A DNA stretch of 63,064 nucleotides, filler included, from an uncultured Synergistales bacterium (lineage in GTDB: Bacteria; Synergistota; Synergistia; Synergistales; Aminobacteriaceae), in assembly GCA_937897575.1 (NCBI GenBank). It is 5 parts of 5 records of this genome, joined end to end, with 100 filler letters (N's around TTAATTAATTAA, not from the genome) between each part and the next. Parts side by side here need not be neighbours in the genome. Positions count along the whole stretch, not along the records: positions 56,163 to 63,064 come from CALCQG010000104.1; 4 more parts are not named here. One strand, given 5' to 3'. The translations under genes were made by a program, and so were the position numbers. Each line of letters starts with the position of its first letter. The first letter of the stretch is position 1. Positions 58,365-63,064 of this stretch are shown one piece after another. The notes below the pieces were generated by a model. That model was not told where the DNA came from. It did no database searches and was given only the letters and a program-made list of their open reading frames with translations.

Positions 58365-59345
58365 ATGGATCTGAAACGAGTCGGGGTCATCGGGGTGGGC
58401 CATCTTGGACAGCACCATGCCAGGGTGTACACCGAGCTTCTCGGCGCGCAGCTCATCGGTGTCGTGGATCAGGACGAGAGCAGGGCCATGGCCATAGGCG
58501 AAGGGCTCGGTGTGCCGTGGTTCACCGATGCCGACGATTTTCTTGACTCCGCGCACCCCGACGCCGTCAGCGTCGTGGTCCCGACGAGTCTGCACTTCGA
58601 AATCGCAAAGAAGGCCCTGAGCCGCGGCATCAGCGTCCTGATCGAGAAACCCGTCACCACCACGATCAGCGAGGCGGAGGACCTGCTCCGCATGGCCGCC
58701 GACTCGGACCTCATCCTGCAGGTCGGACATATCGAGCGCTTCAACAGCGCCGTACAGTACATCGCGAAGATCGTCAAGACCCCCTTGTTCCTGCAGTCCA
58801 GACGCCTCGGCCCCTTCTCCCCCCGGATAAACGACGTCGGAGTGGTGCTCGACCTCATGATCCACGACATCGACATCATTCTTTCCCTCGTACACTCCGA
58901 GATATCGGACATATCGGCCACGGGGCGGTGCATACGAAGCAATGAGCACGAGGACATCGCCTCCGCCCAGATATCCTTCGAGAACGGAGCCATGGCCCAT
59001 ATTCTGGTGAGCAGGGTGTCGGAGAAAAGACTCCGCCAGCTGGAGATCATGGAGCCCCAGCGGTACGTCACGGTGAATTACGAGACCCAGGACGTCTCCA
59101 TCAATCGATGCGTTCGCCAGAGCAATGGCAGCCTGGTGGAGGTCATCGAGCACCCTGTTTTTCCGAAGAGCGAACCACTGAAGCTCGAACTTCAGCACTT
59201 CGTCACCTGTGTGCGCGAGGGGAGGCAGCCCCTCGTCGGGATAACGGACGGGAAACGGGCTCTGGAGGTGGCCGTCTCGGTGCTCAAGCAGATTCACCTC
59301 GAAAATGCCACGGCGAAAGAGGGCAGCGGCGACGTCGCCCTGTAA
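58365..59345 (+). CDS. Gfo/Idh/MocA oxidoreductase (GnnA-like)
   Basis: GVGHLG.HHAR, EKP, QVGHIERFN, VVLDLMIHDID. Confidence 0.88.
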   Translation: MDLKRVGVIGVGHLGQHHARVYTELLGAQLIGVVDQDESRAMAIGEGLGVPWFTDADDFLDSAHPDAVSVVVPTSLHFEIAKKALSRGISVLIEKPVTTTISEAEDLLRMAADSDLILQVGHIERFNSAVQYIAKIVKTPLFLQSRRLGPFSPRINDVGVVLDLMIHDIDIILSLVHSEISDISATGRCIRSNEHEDIASAQISFENGAMAHILVSRVSEKRLRQLEIMEPQRYVTVNYETQDVSINRCVRQSNGSLVEVIEHPVFPKSEPLKLELQHFVTCVREGRQPLVGITDGKRALEVAVSVLKQIHLENATAKEGSGDVAL

Positions 59346-59386
59346 GGCGGGGATGGCCCCTTGCGGATGACCTCCCTTTGACTGTG

Positions 59387-59416
59387 AAGCCCCGGCGTGG
59401 TGCCGGGGCTTTTTTG
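59387..59416 (+). terminator. Intrinsic terminator
   Basis: AAGCCCCGGCG-tgg-TGCCGGGGCTTTTTT. Confidence 0.8.
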
Positions 59417-59540
59417 TAGGCCCATCTTAGAGTTTTTATCTTTTATTTCTTTTTTAAAAACGGTTTTTTTTATTTTTTTACGTGCAGAACGAAATTTTAT
59501 GAGGTATTCTAAAAAAAATTCGGACGTCACGGAGAAAAGA

Positions 59541-59768
59541 ATGACCTCTTTACCGATGGTGAACATCCAGGCACTTCTCGCACTCGGCCTTTTTCTGTGC
59601 AGCCTTCTCATCGCCCGGCTCGTCGTCCGGATCGCCAACGGCTCCCTTCCCGGAGGGAGGGGGTGGGTCATCTACCTGCGCACCCTGTTGGGCTTTCTTC
59701 TGGCGGCGGCCATCACGCTTGCCTTCTATTCCTTCGCGGGGGTGGACGTGCTCTCGGGGCGACTGTGA
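59541..59768 (+). CDS. Small two-TM membrane protein
   Basis: GGAG RBS, two hydrophobic helices, high GC3. Confidence 0.65.
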   Translation: MTSLPMVNIQALLALGLFLCSLLIARLVVRIANGSLPGGRGWVIYLRTLLGFLLAAAITLAFYSFAGVDVLSGRL

Positions 59769-59888
59769 ACGTGCGCCCTCCGTTTCGCTTCCGCCTTCAT
59801 GTGACAGATTCCGCATCCGGTTGTATCCTTTGGGGTACGGCGACAGTATAGAGCAACGAACAGACCATATTTTGTTGTGGAGGAGAGG

Positions 59889-61562
59889 ATGGCAATGAAC
59901 GCCGAGTACAAAGATGCGCTGACGAAGTTCGAGGCTGGCGTGAACAAGTCGCTGCAAAAACATAAGGAGAGACGGGAGACCTTCACCACCGTCAGCGGAT
60001 TCCCGTTGGAGCGTCTCTACGGCCCCAACGACACCGAGGGGATGGACTATCTGAAGGACGTCGGCTTCCCGGGGGACTACCCCTTCACCCGAGGCGTCCA
60101 GTCCACCATGTACCGGGGCAGACTGTGGACCATGCGCCAGTACGCGGGCTTCGCCACGGCCGAGGAATCCAACGAGCGCTACCGCTCCCTCCTCTCGCAG
60201 GGGACGACGGGCCTCTCCGTCGCCTTCGACCTGCCCACCCAGATCGGCTACGACTCCGACGACCCCATGGCCCAGGGCGAGTGCGGCAAGGTCGGCGTCG
60301 CGATCGACAGCCTGAAGGACATGGAGATCCTCTTCGACCAGATCCCCCTCGACAAGGTGTCCACGTCCATGACCATCAACGCTCCGGCCAGCGTTCTGCT
60401 CGCCATGTACATCTGCGTTGCGGAAAAACAGGGCGTTCCGATGAGCGCGTTGTCCGGGACGATCCAGAACGACATCCTCAAGGAATACATCGCACGGGGA
60501 ACCTACATCTTCCCGCCGAAGCCGTCCATGCGGCTGATCACCGACATATTCGCCTTCTGCAGCGAGAACGTCCCCAAGTGGAACACCATCTCCATCTCGG
60601 GCTACCACATCCGCGAGGCGGGGAGCACTGCGGCCCAGGAGGTCGCCTTCACCCTCGCCGATGGGATCGCCTACGTCGAGGCCGCCCAGAAGAAGGGGCT
60701 TGACCCCAACGTCTTCGGCGATCGACTTTCCTTCTTCTTCAACGCCCACAACGACTTCCTCGAGGAGGTCGCGAAGTTCAGAGCCGCCCGCCGCATGTGG
60801 GCCCGCATCATGAAGGAGCGCTTCGGCGTGACGAACGAGAAGGCCCAGATGCTTCGGTTCCATACCCAGACGGCCGGCAGCACTTTGACCGCCCAGCAGC
60901 CCGAGAACAACATCGTCCGCGTCACGATCCAGGCGCTCGCCGCCGCCCTCGGAGGGACGCAGTCCCTGCACACGAACAGCATGGACGAAGCCCTCGCCCT
61001 GCCGAGCGACAAGAGCGTCCGCATCGCCCTGAAGACGCAGCAGATCATCGGCTACGAGTCGGGCGTCGCGAACACCGTGGATCCCCTGGCAGGCAGCTAC
61101 GTCATAGAGACCCTCACGAACGAGATCGAGAAGAAGGCCTTCGAGTACATCCACCAGATCGACGACATGGGGGGCATGCTCGTGGCCATAGAAAAGGGGT
61201 ACGTGCAGAAGCACATCCAGGATGCGGCGTACGAATACCAGCGGTCCGTCGAAGCCCAGGAGAGCATCGTGGTCGGAGTGAACAAGTTCCAGATCGAGGA
61301 GGACCAGGGCGACATGAATCTCCTCTCCGTGGACGCCTCCGTGGGTGAGCGGCAGATCGAGAAGCTCCGCGCCCTCAAAAGCTCGCGGGACAACGTGGCC
61401 GTCACCAACGCCCTCGCGGAGGTCCGGAAAGCCGCGCAGGACGAGTCGCAGAATCTAATGCCCCATATCATCAACGCGGTCCGGGTCTACGCGACGGAGG
61501 GCGAGATCTGCAACGTCCTCAGGGAGGTCTTCACGGAGTACACCGAGAACATCGTCCTGTAG
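59889..61562 (+). CDS. Methylmalonyl-CoA mutase, large (substrate-binding) subunit
   Basis: [17 protein letters not shown] (Tyr), [12 protein letters not shown] (Arg), ISGYH, HTNS.DE. Confidence 0.95.
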   Translation: MAMNAEYKDALTKFEAGVNKSLQKHKERRETFTTVSGFPLERLYGPNDTEGMDYLKDVGFPGDYPFTRGVQSTMYRGRLWTMRQYAGFATAEESNERYRSLLSQGTTGLSVAFDLPTQIGYDSDDPMAQGECGKVGVAIDSLKDMEILFDQIPLDKVSTSMTINAPASVLLAMYICVAEKQGVPMSALSGTIQNDILKEYIARGTYIFPPKPSMRLITDIFAFCSENVPKWNTISISGYHIREAGSTAAQEVAFTLADGIAYVEAAQKKGLDPNVFGDRLSFFFNAHNDFLEEVAKFRAARRMWARIMKERFGVTNEKAQMLRFHTQTAGSTLTAQQPENNIVRVTIQALAAALGGTQSLHTNSMDEALALPSDKSVRIALKTQQIIGYESGVANTVDPLAGSYVIETLTNEIEKKAFEYIHQIDDMGGMLVAIEKGYVQKHIQDAAYEYQRSVEAQESIVVGVNKFQIEEDQGDMNLLSVDASVGERQIEKLRALKSSRDNVAVTNALAEVRKAAQDESQNLMPHIINAVRVYATEGEICNVLREVFTEYTENIVL

Positions 61563-61625
61563 GGCCGATGTATTCTACGAAAAGCTAGAATCGGAAAACG
61601 ATTCATAACACTGGAGGGATTTCCC

Positions 61626-62042
61626 GTGGATGAAAGAAAGATACGAGTCATCGTGGCAAAACCAGGCCTTGACGGGCACGACCGGGGGGCTAAGGTCATC
61701 GCCCGGGCTCTTCGCGACGCAGGGATGGAGGTGGTGTACACGGGGCTTCGACAGACTCCGGAGCAGATCGTGGAAACCGCACTGCAGGAGGACGCCGACG
61801 CGATAGGCATCAGCATCCTTTCCGGAGCGCACTCCTTCTACTTCTCGAAGATCATCGAACTGCTCAAGGACAAGGGCGCATCGGACATCATCGTCTTCGG
61901 CGGCGGGGTCATCCCGGACAAGGACATCCCCGGCCTTCTCGAAGTCGGAGCCGGCGCCATCTTCGGCCCTGGGACGCCGACGACGACGTGCGTCGACTGG
62001 CTTGAAAAGGCCGTGGCGGAAAAAAGAGAAAAAGAAAAGTAA
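61626..62042 (+). CDS. Methylmalonyl-CoA mutase cobalamin-binding small subunit
   Basis: [26 protein letters not shown]. Confidence 0.95.
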   Translation: MDERKIRVIVAKPGLDGHDRGAKVIARALRDAGMEVVYTGLRQTPEQIVETALQEDADAIGISILSGAHSFYFSKIIELLKDKGASDIIVFGGGVIPDKDIPGLLEVGAGAIFGPGTPTTTCVDWLEKAVAEKREKEK

Positions 62043-62048
62043 GACGCA

Positions 62049-62999
62049 GTGGACATCCTTGTTGGGAGGGCGCTCGGGGGCGACATCCGCTCCCTGGCCC
62101 GCCTTATCAGCCTTATTGAAAACGGCGATCCGCTGACGGACCGGGTGATGCGCCAGATATACCCGAAGACGGGCAGAGCGCTGGTCATCGGGATAACCGG
62201 AAGCCCGGGAGCCGGGAAGAGCACCCTGACGGACAAGCTTATCGAGACCTTCCGGCGGCAGGGGAAGACCGTGGGCATCATCGCCGTGGACCCTTCGAGC
62301 CCCTTCTCCGGCGGCGCCATTCTCGCGGACCGCATACGGATGCAGCGTCACACGGGGGACAGCGGCGTCTACATACGGAGCATGGGGACGCGGGGATCCC
62401 TCGGGGGCCTGAGCCGCGGGACCCGCGAGGCCACCCTTCTTCTGGACGCCTGCGGATGGGACGTCATCATCATCGAGACCGTGGGCGTCGGCCAGTCCGA
62501 GGTGGACATCATCAAGATCGCCAACACGGTCTGCGTCGTTCTCGTCCCCGGGATGGGTGACGATATCCAGATCATGAAGGCCGGGATCATGGAGATCGCC
62601 AACGTCTTCGTCCTCAACAAGGCGGACAAACCGGGAGTGGACAGGGTGGCCGCGGAGGTGAAGCTCATGCTCGACCTCGTGCGGGACAGGCCATGGATTC
62701 CTCCGGTGCACAAGACCATCGCGGAAAACGGGACGGGCGTCGGAGAGCTTGTGGACAGCATCGTACGACACCACGAGTTTCTGAAGACCGGGACCGACGG
62801 GCTCCGATCCGAATATGCCCGAGTCTCCTTCGAGGTGGAGGACATTCTGCTGAAGGATCTGTCCCGAAGGGCAGAAAAAATATGGAAGACGCACAGGACG
62901 CAGGACGTCATGGACGCCCTTGTCCGGCGCGACGAAAATCCGTATACCGTTGCAGGAGCTATACTGAAAGAGATGTTTGGACTCCAGAAGACAAAATAG
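62049..62999 (+). CDS. meaB: Methylmalonyl-CoA mutase-associated GTPase
   Basis: GSPGAGKST, VDPSSP.SGGAIL.DRIRM, ETVGVGQSE, NKAD. Confidence 0.95.
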   Translation: MDILVGRALGGDIRSLARLISLIENGDPLTDRVMRQIYPKTGRALVIGITGSPGAGKSTLTDKLIETFRRQGKTVGIIAVDPSSPFSGGAILADRIRMQRHTGDSGVYIRSMGTRGSLGGLSRGTREATLLLDACGWDVIIIETVGVGQSEVDIIKIANTVCVVLVPGMGDDIQIMKAGIMEIANVFVLNKADKPGVDRVAAEVKLMLDLVRDRPWIPPVHKTIAENGTGVGELVDSIVRHHEFLKTGTDGLRSEYARVSFEVEDILLKDLSRRAEKIWKTHRTQDVMDALVRRDENPYTVAGAILKEMFGLQKTK

Positions 63000-63021
63000 G
63001 AGTGAAGAAGGAGGAGTAGCG

Positions 63022-63064
63022 ATGTCCCATCGAAGCATCGAGGAGCTCTGCGAGGAGTTGTTGC
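63022..63064 (+). CDS. Start of next operon gene (possibly acyl-CoA carboxyltransferase subunit)
   Basis: GGAGGAG RBS then MSHRSIEELCEELL; product inferred from context only. Confidence 0.4.
   Translation, partial: MSHRSIEELCEELL

Noticed and set aside
59889..61562. Isobutyryl- or 2-hydroxyisobutyryl-CoA mutase
   Set aside because: Specificity residues are Tyr (RQYAGF) and Arg (YIARG), typical of methylmalonyl-CoA mutase

Overview
High-GC (~65% by eye) bacterial DNA. Gene content and style suggest an anaerobic amino-acid fermenter, most likely Synergistota (inference). The window is five contig pieces joined by artificial 100-nt N/TTAATTAATTAA spacers, so adjacency across the gaps is not evidence: 1-17116, 17217-47231, 47332-53932, 54033-56062 and 56163-63064. 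Most of it is housekeeping or metabolic: gyrB, addAB-like helicase/nuclease, metK with a SAM-I riboswitch, class II RNR with NrdR boxes, miaB-comEA-comEC-coaX, pgi, folC and a methylmalonyl-CoA mutase operon. Four signals stand out. (1) An exported selenoprotein candidate missed by the ORF track (15532-15900), with an in-frame UGA and a SECIS-like hairpin, in a genome that also carries YedE/TusA-type selenium genes. (2) A ~580-nt array of covarying imperfect palindromes and duplicated terminators right after gyrB (5322-5898), carrying GNA triloops and tandem GA mismatches on one strand. (3) A ~14-kb cluster of mostly secreted proteins (shuffled SH3b modules, LRR, ankyrin, LprI, DUF3160, a 7(1)-knot-like protein) headed by a polytopic membrane LuxR regulator (33414-47184). 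(4) Inside that cluster, a MEMO-like ORF in frame with DUF3160 behind a UGA plus hairpin, suggesting stop-codon readthrough or a truncated gene.
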